In this document: in pieces, positions 1 to 9,527 of the stretch
Position numbering within the stretch: position 1 is the first letter of the stretch
Layout: each line of letters opens with the position of its first letter
DNA from: Thermoanaerobaculia bacterium
GTDB taxonomy: Bacteria > Acidobacteriota > Thermoanaerobaculia > Multivoradales > Multivoraceae
Assembly (NCBI GenBank): GCA_963664405.1
Contig: OY761158.1
Coordinates: 3,776,001 to 3,840,000 of the forward strand
DNA length: 64,000 nucleotides
Reading direction: 5' to 3'
Program-made: the position numbers and the translations under genes
Notes under the pieces: generated by a model
Told to the model about the DNA's origin: nothing
Database searches by the model: none
Seen by the model: only the letters and a program-made list of their open reading frames with translations

Positions 1-2
1 GG

Positions 3-482
3 GACAACTCGGTAGGGGAGTTTTACTCGGTGGCTCTCACCAACAACAAGCAGCAGGCCGACACCGGCACAAAAATGATCCACGTCGGCCGCAACACTCG
101 CTCGACCATCATCTCGAAGGGCATCTCGGCGGGCGAAGGCCAGAACACCTACCGAGGAATGGTGAAGATTCTCGGCAAGGCCGACGGCGCCCGCAACTTC
201 TCCCAGTGCGACTCGATGCTCATCGGCTCGAATTGCGGTGCCCACACCTTTCCCTATATCGATGTCCAGAACCCGACCGCGCAGATGGAACACGAGGCGT
301 CGACTTCGAAGATCGGGGAGGATCAGATTTTCTACTGCAATCAGCGCGGCATCGAGACCGAGGACGCCGTTTCGATGATCGTGAATGGCTTCTGCAAAGA
401 AGTGTTCCGCGAGCTTCCGATGGAGTTCGCGGTCGAGGCTCAGAAGCTCTTGGAAGTCAGCCTTGAAGGAAGCGTCGGCTAG
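3..482 (+). CDS. sufB: Fe-S cluster assembly protein SufB, C-terminal part (5'-truncated by window)
   Basis: [45 protein letters not shown] motifs; first gene of suf operon. Confidence 0.97.
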   Translation, partial: DNSVGEFYSVALTNNKQQADTGTKMIHVGRNTRSTIISKGISAGEGQNTYRGMVKILGKADGARNFSQCDSMLIGSNCGAHTFPYIDVQNPTAQMEHEASTSKIGEDQIFYCNQRGIETEDAVSMIVNGFCKEVFRELPMEFAVEAQKLLEVSLEGSVG

Positions 483-562
483 GGGCAGTTACTTTGAAAA
501 GTTTTGTTGTCGGGGCCGCGGCTGAACCAGCCGGATGCCCGACGTGAAGGAGTCTTGAGTCA

Positions 563-1339
563 ATGTCTATTTTGGAGATCAAAGATCTGCACGCCCGAGT
601 CGAGGGTCAAGAGATCCTCAAAGGAGTGAACCTGCGAGTGGGTGCGGGCGAGATCCACGCCATCATGGGTCCGAACGGATCCGGCAAGAGCACCCTTGCG
701 CAGGTTCTCGCCGGCAAGGCGGAATACGAGGTGACCGCTGGAGAGATCCTCTATAAGGGGGAGGATCTGCTCGAGCTGTCACCCGAGGAGAGAGCCCAGG
801 CGGGCATCTTCATGGCCTTTCAATATCCGGTAGAGATTCCAGGTGTTTCCAATACCTACTTTCTCAAAGCCGCGCTCAACGCGATCCGCAAAGCGCGGGG
901 CGAGAGCGATCTCGATGCCGTCGACTTCCTCAAATTGGTGCGCGAAAGAGTCGAGCTGGTACAGCTCGACGAGAGTCTGATGAGCCGGCCTGTGAATGAG
1001 GGCTTCTCGGGTGGAGAGAAGAAGCGCAACGAGATTTTCCACATGGCCGTTCTCGAGCCGACGCTTGCAATTCTCGACGAAACCGACTCCGGGCTCGATA
1101 TCGATGCCTTGCGCGTTGTCGCCGACGGTGTGAACAGCATGCTCCGAGACGACCGGGCTTTTGTCGTCATAACCCACTACCAGAGGTTGCTCGACTACAT
1201 CATCCCCGATCACGTTCACGTGCTCGTGCATGGACGGATCGTTCGCTCGGGCACAAAGGAGCTGGCCTTGGAGCTGGAGGAGAAGGGCTACTCCTGGGTC
1301 GAAGAAGAAGCCGCCACAGGCGAGGCAGTTTCTGCCTGA
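563..1339 (+). CDS. sufC: Fe-S cluster assembly ABC ATPase SufC
   Basis: Walker [47 protein letters not shown]. Confidence 0.98.
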   Translation: MSILEIKDLHARVEGQEILKGVNLRVGAGEIHAIMGPNGSGKSTLAQVLAGKAEYEVTAGEILYKGEDLLELSPEERAQAGIFMAFQYPVEIPGVSNTYFLKAALNAIRKARGESDLDAVDFLKLVRERVELVQLDESLMSRPVNEGFSGGEKKRNEIFHMAVLEPTLAILDETDSGLDIDALRVVADGVNSMLRDDRAFVVITHYQRLLDYIIPDHVHVLVHGRIVRSGTKELALELEEKGYSWVEEEAATGEAVSA

Positions 1340-1350
1340 AGGGTGTAGCG

Positions 1351-2673
1351 ATGGCCCTTTCAACCGCAGCTCAGTCCTATCTCGAAGGCTACGAGGCCTT
1401 TGCGGCACTCGGCGCCGAACCACCGCAGCTGGTGGAGCTTCGTTCTCACGCCAGGGAGCGTTTCGAGGCGCTCGGGTTCCCCAGTGTGCTCGAAGAGGAG
1501 TGGCGTTTCACCAACGTTGCCCCGCTGGCCCGCAGTGGTCTCGAGAACCTCGTCGAGGCCGGCTCTGTGAATGCAGCCCAGGTCGATGCTCTGAGCTACG
1601 ACGGCTGCGATCGCCTGGTGTTTGTGGATGGTCGAGTGGCGCCGGAGCACTGCACTGTTGAGCGGCTTCCGGACGGTGCTTTCGTCGGTAGCCTGCGTCA
1701 GGCCCTGTCTGAATGCCCTGATCTCGTTCTGGAGCACCTCGGCCGCCATGCACCGACCCAGGATCGTGCCTTCTCGGCATTGAACACAGCTCTTTTCGTC
1801 GATGGCGCCGCCATTCTCGCTCCGAAGGGCTCGATCTTCGAGCGCCCGATCCATCTTCTCTTCATTGCGTCAGAAAGCGCGGAGGGCCATGCGTTCTATC
1901 CGCGCAACTTGGTGGTAGCAGGTGAGGCGAGTCAGCTCACGATTGTCGAAAGCTACGCGGGCCTCTGCAACCAGTACTTCAACTGTGTCGTCAGCGAGTT
2001 CGTTGGCGAGCAGAGCTCCCACGTCGATCACTACCGACTGCAGCGCGAGTCCAGAGCTTCGTTTCACATTGCAACGGTACAGACCTGGCTCGATCGCAGT
2101 GCGGTCTTCTCTTCCTACAATCTCGCCCTCGGCGGCAGACTGGTGCGGGTCGATACCGGCGCGATGCTCGATGGTGAGGGTATCGAGTGCACATTGAATG
2201 GGCTCTACATCGCCAGCGACGATCAGCTCATCGACAACCATATGCGGGTCGAGCACAAGAAGCCCCATTGCAATAGCCACGAGCTCTACAAGGGCATCCT
2301 CGACGGCCGTGCCCGGGCAGTCTTCAACGGTCGCATCTTTGTCCACCAAGGTGCCCAGAAGACCGACGCCAAGCAGACCAATAGGAACCTTCTGCTCTCG
2401 CGCGAAGCCTTGGTGAATAGCAATCCGCAGTTGGAGATCTTTGCCGACGATGTTCGCTGCACCCATGGCTCCACGGTTGGGCAGCTAGATGAGGAAGCGG
2501 TTTTCTACCTGCGCTCTCGGGGGATCGAGGAAGAGGCCGCTCGCAGCCTGCTGACCTACGCCTTCGCCAATGAGGTTGCTGAAGGTATTCGGTTGCCCGA
2601 GGTCAGGCAGGAAGTCGAGGAGTTTCTCTTCAACCGCCTGGCGGCGGGAGAGATCGTTAGGCAAGCGGTATGA
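1351..2673 (+). CDS. sufD: Fe-S cluster assembly protein SufD
   Basis: EEWRFT, FNGRIFV..GAQKTDAKQTNRNLLLS, PQLEIFADDVRCTHGSTVG, FYLRSRGI. Confidence 0.97.
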   Translation: MALSTAAQSYLEGYEAFAALGAEPPQLVELRSHARERFEALGFPSVLEEEWRFTNVAPLARSGLENLVEAGSVNAAQVDALSYDGCDRLVFVDGRVAPEHCTVERLPDGAFVGSLRQALSECPDLVLEHLGRHAPTQDRAFSALNTALFVDGAAILAPKGSIFERPIHLLFIASESAEGHAFYPRNLVVAGEASQLTIVESYAGLCNQYFNCVVSEFVGEQSSHVDHYRLQRESRASFHIATVQTWLDRSAVFSSYNLALGGRLVRVDTGAMLDGEGIECTLNGLYIASDDQLIDNHMRVEHKKPHCNSHELYKGILDGRARAVFNGRIFVHQGAQKTDAKQTNRNLLLSREALVNSNPQLEIFADDVRCTHGSTVGQLDEEAVFYLRSRGIEEEAARSLLTYAFANEVAEGIRLPEVRQEVEEFLFNRLAAGEIVRQAV

Positions 2674-3935
2674 CCGAGGTGATTATCGAGGCAGCGGAGA
2701 CCGTCGAGCGCAGCTCTTTCGAGGTCGAGCGAGTGCGCCGGGACTTCCCCATACTGGGCCAATCGGTCCGGGGCAATCCGCTTGTCTATTTGGACAGTGC
2801 GGCCAGCGCCCAGAAGCCTCAGGTCGTACTCGACGCGATCGCCGAGTGTTACGAGGAGTACTACGCCAATGTGCATCGTGGCGTTCACCGGCTCTCAGTG
2901 CGCTCGACCGACGCTTACGAAGCGGCTCGAGAAGTGGCTCGGAGCTTTATCAACGCACCCAAGCTCGAAGAGGTCGTTTTCGTTAGGGGAACAACCGAAG
3001 CAGTGAACCTCGTCGCCGGGACCTATGGACGCCAATCTCTGAATGCCGGAGACGAGGTCCTGATTACCGAGCTCGAGCACCACTCGAACATCGTGCCTTG
3101 GCAGATGCTGTGCCGTGAGAAGGGCGCCAGGTTGCGCGTCGCGCCGATCAATGACCGCGGCGAAGTCATGCTCGACGAGTACGAGAGCCTACTCTCCGAC
3201 CGCACTCGGGTGGTGGCTTTGGCGCACATCTCCAACGCTCTCGGTACTATCAACCCGGTGCGGCAGATGGCCGACATCGCGCATCAGCACGGTGCGGTGG
3301 TCTTCGTCGACGGTGCGCAGGGGGCACCGCACGCAGCCATCGACGTCGTGGCGCTGGGCTGCGACTTCTATGCCTTCTCGGGCCATAAGGCCTTTGGCCC
3401 CACCGGGATCGGTGTGCTGTGGGGGCGCCTGCCCCTACTCGAGGCGATGCCCCCCTACCAGACCGGTGGCGAGATGATTCGCACCGTCAGCTTCGAAGAA
3501 TCCGAGTGGAATGTCGTTCCCCAGAAATTCGAGGCCGGTACGCCCAATATCGTCGGTGCTATCGGCTTGGCCGCCGCCCTTCGTTACCTGCAGGCACTCG
3601 ACCGCGAGGGTTGGCAGGCCCACGAGGCGCTACTGCTCGAGGAAGCGACACGCCGGCTGGAGGGCCGACCGGGGGTCCGTCTTCTCGGCACGGCGGCGCG
3701 CAAGTCCTCCCTGGTCTCTTTCGTGATCGAAGACGTACACGCGCATGATGTCGGCACCATTCTCGACGAGGAGGGCGTGGCGGTACGCACCGGCCATCAC
3801 TGTGCCCAGCCGGTAATGAAGCATTTCGGAGTCGCAGCTTCGGTGCGCGCGTCGATGGCGGTCTACAACACCCTCGACGATGTCGATGCGTTGATCCGTT
3901 CGCTCGATCGCGTAGACGAGGTCTTCGGTCGATGA
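2670..3935 (+). CDS. sufS: cysteine desulfurase SufS
   Basis: YLDSAASAQKP, ANVHRG, EHHSNIVPWQ, FSGHK (PLP lysine), RTGHHCAQP (catalytic Cys). Confidence 0.98.
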   Translation: MTEVIIEAAETVERSSFEVERVRRDFPILGQSVRGNPLVYLDSAASAQKPQVVLDAIAECYEEYYANVHRGVHRLSVRSTDAYEAAREVARSFINAPKLEEVVFVRGTTEAVNLVAGTYGRQSLNAGDEVLITELEHHSNIVPWQMLCREKGARLRVAPINDRGEVMLDEYESLLSDRTRVVALAHISNALGTINPVRQMADIAHQHGAVVFVDGAQGAPHAAIDVVALGCDFYAFSGHKAFGPTGIGVLWGRLPLLEAMPPYQTGGEMIRTVSFEESEWNVVPQKFEAGTPNIVGAIGLAAALRYLQALDREGWQAHEALLLEEATRRLEGRPGVRLLGTAARKSSLVSFVIEDVHAHDVGTILDEEGVAVRTGHHCAQPVMKHFGVAASVRASMAVYNTLDDVDALIRSLDRVDEVFGR

Positions 3936-4384
3936 GCCCGGTCTCCGACGAGCTGCGTGCCCTTTACCAGGAAGTCATCCTGGATCATTACAAGCGCCCT
4001 CGCAACTTCGGCGAGCTCGACCCCGCGGACTCGACCGCCGAAGGGTATAACCCTCTCTGTGGCGACCAGATCAAGGTCTTTGTGCGCATGGACGGAGAGG
4101 TGGTCGAAGCCGTGCAGTTCGAAGGGGCGGGATGCGCCATCTCGACCGCGTCGGCCTCGCTGATGACCGAAGCCGTCAAAGGGAAGACTCGCGCCGAGGC
4201 GGAGGATCTCTTCAAGAGCTTTCGCGATCTGGTGACCGGATCGGAGGCATCGGAGGCGGATCTGGGCAAGCTGGAAGTTCTTGCTGGCGTGCGCGACTAT
4301 CCGATACGCATCAAGTGTGCGGTGTTGGCGTGGCACGCCTTGCACTCGGCGCTCGGCTCTCGCGACACGATCTCGACCGAGTGA
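3932..4384 (+). CDS. sufU: SUF system NifU-like sulfur transfer protein SufU
   Basis: LYQEVILDHYKRPRN, NPLCGD, GCAISTASAS, RIKCA; directly follows sufS. Confidence 0.95.
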   Translation: MSPVSDELRALYQEVILDHYKRPRNFGELDPADSTAEGYNPLCGDQIKVFVRMDGEVVEAVQFEGAGCAISTASASLMTEAVKGKTRAEAEDLFKSFRDLVTGSEASEADLGKLEVLAGVRDYPIRIKCAVLAWHALHSALGSRDTISTE

Positions 4385-4420
4385 CGTCACTCCGCAGTGC
4401 CGAGGGGTCGACGTGGCGCC

Positions 4421-5965
4421 CTATACCCCGGGTGAGACAAAGTGCCCAGTTGTGGGCTGCGCCCCAGGATCGGTGGTCTCTTCGAGATGCTCTCGAAATC
4501 GCAGATGCCGGCGCCGTGTGATCTCGACCAGGGGCTTCCAGAGTGCGTGGGTCAAGCGCCAGCGGATGAGGAAGTGCCACAGCTTGTTCGACCGCTTGTA
4601 GAGGTAACACATCGCCAGATAGGGAGCGATCGCCGAGATCTGACGGGGTCGCTTGCGCCAGATGCTGCGATGGGAGAAGAGTCGTTGGTAGCAGCGGGCG
4701 TAGCCCTCCTCCAATGCCTCGGGAGACATGTTGCGGGGGCGGAAGACTGCGTGTGCCGTGTCGTAGCGACTCCAGTCGCGGTGAAGAATTCGGCCTTCGG
4801 CCTCGAGCCTGCGGTAAAGGGGTGTTGCCGGATAGGGAGTGAGGATGTGGAAGGTCGCGCACTCGAGCCGGTTCTCTTCGATCCACGCAACCGTTTCGTC
4901 GAACACCCCTTCGTGGTCGTGATCGAAGCCGAGGACGAAGCTTCCGTTGACCTGGATTCCATGGTCGTGGAAGAGCTCGACACGCCAAGCATAGTCCTCC
5001 GGCCCTGGAGTCCGCTTGCCGGCCTCGCGCAGGTTGTCACCGGTCAAAGACTCGAGACCGATGAAGACACCCGTGCAGCCGGCGAGCGCCATCTCCCGCA
5101 CCAGATCTGGCTCGTCGCTAACGTCGATGGTAACCGCGGCGCTCCAGATCACCTCGACCTCGCGCAGTGCGGTGCATAGCCGTCGCAGGTAGGCCCGGTT
5201 GGATCCGAGGTTATTGTCGACGAAAACAACATACGGCTCAGCGCAGGCTTCGATCTCTGCGACGACTTGCTCCACGTCGCGCATGCGATAGGGCATGCGA
5301 AGACCATCCGTGGCGAGGTAACAAAAGCCACATCGGTTGTGGCACCCGCGGGTCGCGATCAGGCTGGCTCGAGTGAGGAAATCGCGTGTCGGCAGTAATT
5401 GTCGTCGCGGAGGAGGGTCCAGGCGGAAAGGTCGATCGAAGTCGGCCCGGTACTCGGCTTGGAGTGACCCGGCCTCGACGTCCTCCAGAATTCGCGGCCA
5501 CAGCTGCACGCCGTCGCCGACGGCGATCGAATCGGCGTGGGGCCGCACCTCCTCAGGGCAGGACAAGACGTGGAGGCCCCCCATGACGACCAGGCTTCCG
5601 CGCTGGCGAAAGTGGGCAGCGAGCTCATAGGCGCGCTGCGCGAAGGTGAGGTGCACGGTAATGCCGACGACTTGCGGGGCGGGGTCGGATGGCGGCGGCC
5701 CCTGCAGAAGATTCTCGTCCCAATAGCGAACGGTCCATGGCTCGGGCGTTGCTCCAGCGATGCTGGTCAGCGCCAGGGTCGGGGTCAGAACGTGCTTGCC
5801 GAAGCTAGAGTGAGGGTCCTTGCTGTAGAAGGGATTGACGAGCAGGGCGGATCGGGGCTCAACGTTGCGAGGGGGCCTTAGGGTGGCTAGCGGCGGGGCT
5901 TGTCGGAGCGAGGGTGGCATTCGTGCGAAGGCGCTTGAGTAGGTCTTGTTCTCTGGGTGTTCCAT
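4421..5965 (-). CDS. B12-binding domain radical SAM protein
   Basis: N-terminal cobalamin-binding-like region (VMGGLHV), TRGCHNRCGFC CxxxCxxC motif, GLES, TPYPATP. Confidence 0.9.
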   Translation of the reverse strand: MEHPENKTYSSAFARMPPSLRQAPPLATLRPPRNVEPRSALLVNPFYSKDPHSSFGKHVLTPTLALTSIAGATPEPWTVRYWDENLLQGPPPSDPAPQVVGITVHLTFAQRAYELAAHFRQRGSLVVMGGLHVLSCPEEVRPHADSIAVGDGVQLWPRILEDVEAGSLQAEYRADFDRPFRLDPPPRRQLLPTRDFLTRASLIATRGCHNRCGFCYLATDGLRMPYRMRDVEQVVAEIEACAEPYVVFVDNNLGSNRAYLRRLCTALREVEVIWSAAVTIDVSDEPDLVREMALAGCTGVFIGLESLTGDNLREAGKRTPGPEDYAWRVELFHDHGIQVNGSFVLGFDHDHEGVFDETVAWIEENRLECATFHILTPYPATPLYRRLEAEGRILHRDWSRYDTAHAVFRPRNMSPEALEEGYARCYQRLFSHRSIWRKRPRQISAIAPYLAMCYLYKRSNKLWHFLIRWRLTHALWKPLVEITRRRHLRFREHLEETTDPGAQPTTGHFVSPGV

Positions 5966-5989
5966 GGGACTGCCTTTCTAATATGAAGT

Positions 5990-6031
5990 ACTTTTAGACT
6001 AAAAGTTAATTGCATCGAGAAGTAATGTCAA
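5990..6031 (-). promoter_or_regulatory. sigma70-like promoter (TTGACA-17-TAACTT) overlapped by palindrome ACTTTTAG-A-CTAAAAGT
   Basis: tgtcaa at 6026-6031 (TTGACA on minus strand); perfect 8-1-8 inverted repeat at 5990-6006 upstream of the radical SAM gene. Confidence 0.6.
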
Positions 6032-6115
6032 GTGGGGCCGCGCGATCTCGCTCCCTGCTAGGATCGCGATCGGTCGGAGAATCGAATCTGGCGAGATGGT
6101 TAGGAGGAAGGGATC

Positions 6116-6622
6116 ATGCGTTCAAAAGGGTTGCTGCTTCTGGGGCTGACTCTCGTCGGCTTCCCGCTATTGAGCGAAGAGGTCGGCGTAGTGAACGAAA
6201 TCTCTCCGAGCCCGGGTGTTCTATTCGGTGGACAGCCGACGGCCGAGCAGCTCGACGCGCTGGCGGCAAGCGGCTATAAGACCGTCCTCGACCTGCGTGG
6301 TGTGAACGAGGATCGCGGATTCGACGAGGCGGCGGTAGCCCGCCGAGCGGGGCTCACCTATCTGCCGGTGCCGGTGACCGGTGAGACGATGGCCCAAGCC
6401 GAGACTTTCGACCAATTTATTCGTCATTTCAAGCAAGCCGAGAAGCCGATGCTGGTGCATTGCGCCAGCGGAGGTCGGGTCGGCGCTCTCTACTACGCTT
6501 GGCTCGTCGCCAGCGAGAAAATGCCTCGCGAGCAGGCACTCGAGGAGGCAAAGGACAACAGTCATGCCAGCGACGCGCTGTTTCAGCGTGTCGATCTCTT
6601 CCTGGATGGAAAGCTAGAGTAG
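6116..6622 (+). CDS. secreted PTP-like / sulfur transferase (DUF442-like) protein
   Basis: signal peptide, GGQPT, VLDLR, HCASGGR (Cx5R) motif. Confidence 0.8.
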   Translation: MRSKGLLLLGLTLVGFPLLSEEVGVVNEISPSPGVLFGGQPTAEQLDALAASGYKTVLDLRGVNEDRGFDEAAVARRAGLTYLPVPVTGETMAQAETFDQFIRHFKQAEKPMLVHCASGGRVGALYYAWLVASEKMPREQALEEAKDNSHASDALFQRVDLFLDGKLE

Positions 6623-6724
6623 CGGAGCGACTCGTCACCTCGGGCGGCCTTTCACCGAGCATCGGTGGAGGATGGACGAGAAGCTGAGTCGCAACAATCG
6701 GCCGCATATACAGGTGAGCTCTCA

Positions 6725-6753
6725 TTGACTGCCTTGGCGGGGCCTGGGATAAT
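6725..6753 (+). promoter_or_regulatory. sigma70-like promoter TTGACT-17-GATAAT
   Basis: near-consensus -35/-10 with 17-bp spacer upstream of ricT. Confidence 0.55.
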
Positions 6754-6874
6754 GGCGCCAAGAAAAGAACGGTTGTTTAGCCAATTTCCCCTTCCAGATA
6801 GGGTACTTACGCAGAAGTAGTTGACGTGGAAGGAGTTCCGTCTCTGACATTCAGAGGCGTTGGAGGTAGAGACG

Positions 6875-7606
6875 ATGGGCGGCTGCAGCGGCTGTGCCTT
6901 TCATGGAGAGTCGACGGCGGTGGAGGATGCCTTCATCGGTGTTCGCTTCAGTGAAGAGACCAATCTGACCCTTTGCTCGACCGGCGGCAGGCGCTTTAGC
7001 CGTGGCGACAGGGTGATTGTCGAGCTCGGCGAGGGCCCGAGCCATGGCAGGGTGGAGAGCGTCCCCATGCCGGTGTTCAAGCCTTGCCAGAAGGCGAGCG
7101 CCAAGAAGATAGTCCGCATGGCGACCCAGAATGACGTGGCCGGCTACGAGCGCAAGCTGACCAGCGAAGTAAGAGCGAAGGCCTTTGCTCGCGAGAAGAT
7201 CCTGGCGCGGGATCTCGAGATGAAGATCTCCAAAGTCGATTTCTCGCTGAGTGGGCGCGCCGCGACTTTCCACTTCACTGCCGAACACAGAGTCGACTTC
7301 CGCGACCTCGTACGGGAGTTGGCACAGCGCTTCTCTGTGCGAGTGCGCATGATCCAAGTCGGTCCACGTGACGAGGCCGGGCTGCTCGGGGGTATCGGTG
7401 TTTGTGGAGAGACTTTGTGCTGTTCCACCTGGCTCAAGGATTTTCGCCCGATCTCGATCCAGATGGCGAAGCGACAGGGTTTGAGCTTGAACCCTTCCAA
7501 GATCTCGGGTCAGTGTGGGCGGCTCTTGTGCTGCCTCGCCTACGAGGACGAGGACTATAAGCGAAGCAGTCCCGGTTCTGGGTTGCGGGAGAGAGGGGCT
7601 GCTTGA
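6875..7606 (+). CDS. ricT: PSP1-domain regulatory Fe-S protein RicT/YaaT
   Basis: FTAEHRVDFRDLVREL, GPRDEA..GGIGVCGETLCCSTWL, KISGQCGRLLCCLAYE; RBS GGAGGT before ATG 6875. Confidence 0.9.
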   Translation: MGGCSGCAFHGESTAVEDAFIGVRFSEETNLTLCSTGGRRFSRGDRVIVELGEGPSHGRVESVPMPVFKPCQKASAKKIVRMATQNDVAGYERKLTSEVRAKAFAREKILARDLEMKISKVDFSLSGRAATFHFTAEHRVDFRDLVRELAQRFSVRVRMIQVGPRDEAGLLGGIGVCGETLCCSTWLKDFRPISIQMAKRQGLSLNPSKISGQCGRLLCCLAYEDEDYKRSSPGSGLRERGAA

Positions 7607-7956
7607 TGAACGATCGCAAGCTGATCCGTCCCGACCTCGAAGACATCAAGAGGTCACCGGCCTCCCGCGGAGCTCGTCGTCGCGCCGCACCGCCGGAGCA
7701 GACCAACGCTGAGGAGTTCTACTACCTCAAGCAGATGGCGGCGAAAACGCCAATTGTGATGATCCTCACCGACGGCGAAGAGTTGCATGGCTGGATCGAG
7801 TGGTACGACAAGGGGTCGATCAAACTGAACCGAACCGAAGGTCCGAATCTCCTCATCCTCAAGCACAACATCCGCTACATGTTCAAGGAAGAGGAGCAGC
7901 GGAGAAGGGCGAGGCGGGCCTCCAGGTCCGGCACGGCTGGTCTAGAGCCGCGCTGA
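7606..7956 (+). CDS. hfq: Hfq-like (Sm-fold) RNA chaperone with N-terminal extension
   Basis: Sm motif IL.DGEEL.G.IEWYD..SIKL and LLILKHNIRY (YKHAI-like). Confidence 0.75.
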   Translation: MNDRKLIRPDLEDIKRSPASRGARRRAAPPEQTNAEEFYYLKQMAAKTPIVMILTDGEELHGWIEWYDKGSIKLNRTEGPNLLILKHNIRYMFKEEEQRRRARRASRSGTAGLEPR

Positions 7957-7959
7957 GCG

Positions 7960-9417
7960 CTAGGAGGCGCCGCGACCGGAGAGGACGGCCGGGATCGTCT
8001 TGAGCAGAATCTTGAAGTCGAGGAGCGTCGACCAGGAGTCGATGTATTCCAGGTCGAGTCGCATCCAACGATCGAAGTCGCTGGTGTCGTTGCGTCCAGT
8101 GATCTGCCAAAGGCAGGTGAGCCCGGGTTTCATCGCCAGTCGGCGCCGTTGCCAAGGCTGGTATCTGGCGACTTCTTCCGGAATCGGCGGCCTGGGTCCG
8201 ACCAGACTCATTTCCCCGCGGAGGACGTTCCAGAGCTGAGGTAGCTCATCCAGGCTGAAGCGTCGAAGGAGTCGACCGACGCCGGTCACACGAGGATCCT
8301 TCTTGAGCTTGAAGACGGGACCTGTCATCTCGTTGAGTGCCATCAGGTCGCGCCGCCTCTCGTGGGCTCCTTCCTCCATCGTGCGGAACTTGTAGAGGGT
8401 GAAGAGGCGGCCGTTGAGGCCGCAACGGGTCTGCCGGAAGAGGATGCTGCCGCTCGAGCCGATCTTGACCGCTAGGGCGATGAGGCAGATCGTCGGCAAA
8501 CCCGGCACCAGCAGAAGCAGGGCCAGCGCGACATCGAAGAAGCGTTTCGACGCAAGGGCCAGAATGCCTGTCGGGGCCGGGGAGAAGCTGAGCAGAGGCA
8601 CGCCGTCCAGCTCCTCGAGCTCGACCTTGGCATGAGCGTGAGGAAAGAGACGGAGGGCGAATCGGGTGCGGATGCCGCGCTCGTGCAAGCTCAGAAAGGG
8701 ATTTTCCATCTGGTCCAGATCGCGGCGGTCGACGGCGAAGATGACATCGTCGACAATGTTGTGCTCGACAATGCGGTCGAGCTCCTCGACGGTGCCAAGG
8801 ACCGGGTAGCTCGGAGGAAGCTCCGCGTCGCTGCCCGTTCCAGAGCGCACCATCCCGAGGACACGGAAGCCCCAGAATACGTGAGAGCGGAGCGAATCGG
8901 CGATGGCCTGGCCAGAGGGGCCGGTGCCGACAACAATCACGGTTCGATAGTTGAGGCCTCGCGCGCGGGCGTAGCGGGAGGCCAACCGGAGGGAGACCTT
9001 TTCGCTGAGTACGAAGAGGCAGGAGAGAGCGGCGAAAAGGAAGATCCATGAGCGACTGATGAGGCCGTTGCCAAGGAGGAGCTCGTCGAGACGGAAGACG
9101 TAGATCATCAACGTGAAGATCACGCTGCCGGCGACCGATGAGCGGATGATGTCCCAGGCCTCGTCGACCAGCGGCACGGTTCGATGCGATCGGTATTCGC
9201 CCGAGAAGAGAAACAGCGAGCCCCAGATCGAGACCGCCAGCGGCAGAAGGGGAAAATAAGAGCGAAGAGGGTAGAGGTGACTGCCGAAGAAGGAAGGCAG
9301 GGTGGCTGGAAGGAAGTTACTGCGTAGCCAGTAAGCGACCAGGAAGGCCAATCCAACCAGGCCGAGATCAACGGCGAAGATGATTGTGCTGAGAAGCCGT
9401 GCCTGCTGCTTGAGCAT
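7960..9417 (-). CDS. polyprenyl-phosphate sugar phosphotransferase (WcaJ/WbaP family)
   Basis: N-terminal TMs, KRFFD, LYKFRTM, DPRVT, LDELPQLWNVLRGEMSLVGPRP, KPGLTCLWQI. Confidence 0.93.
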   Translation of the reverse strand: MLKQQARLLSTIIFAVDLGLVGLAFLVAYWLRSNFLPATLPSFFGSHLYPLRSYFPLLPLAVSIWGSLFLFSGEYRSHRTVPLVDEAWDIIRSSVAGSVIFTLMIYVFRLDELLLGNGLISRSWIFLFAALSCLFVLSEKVSLRLASRYARARGLNYRTVIVVGTGPSGQAIADSLRSHVFWGFRVLGMVRSGTGSDAELPPSYPVLGTVEELDRIVEHNIVDDVIFAVDRRDLDQMENPFLSLHERGIRTRFALRLFPHAHAKVELEELDGVPLLSFSPAPTGILALASKRFFDVALALLLLVPGLPTICLIALAVKIGSSGSILFRQTRCGLNGRLFTLYKFRTMEEGAHERRRDLMALNEMTGPVFKLKKDPRVTGVGRLLRRFSLDELPQLWNVLRGEMSLVGPRPPIPEEVARYQPWQRRRLAMKPGLTCLWQITGRNDTSDFDRWMRLDLEYIDSWSTLLDFKILLKTIPAVLSGRGAS

Positions 9418-9527
9418 CGCTACTCCTGCTCCTCGGAGTCGAGCGCGGCCGTGGTGCTTGCACCCGCGTTATAGCGCCACAGCATACTTATATACGAGAG
9501 GAGCACCCCGTTCGCCCAAGCAGGAGG

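Noticed and set aside
1-4384. suf operon with sufU rather than sufE
   Set aside because: A well-known operon variant, not novel.
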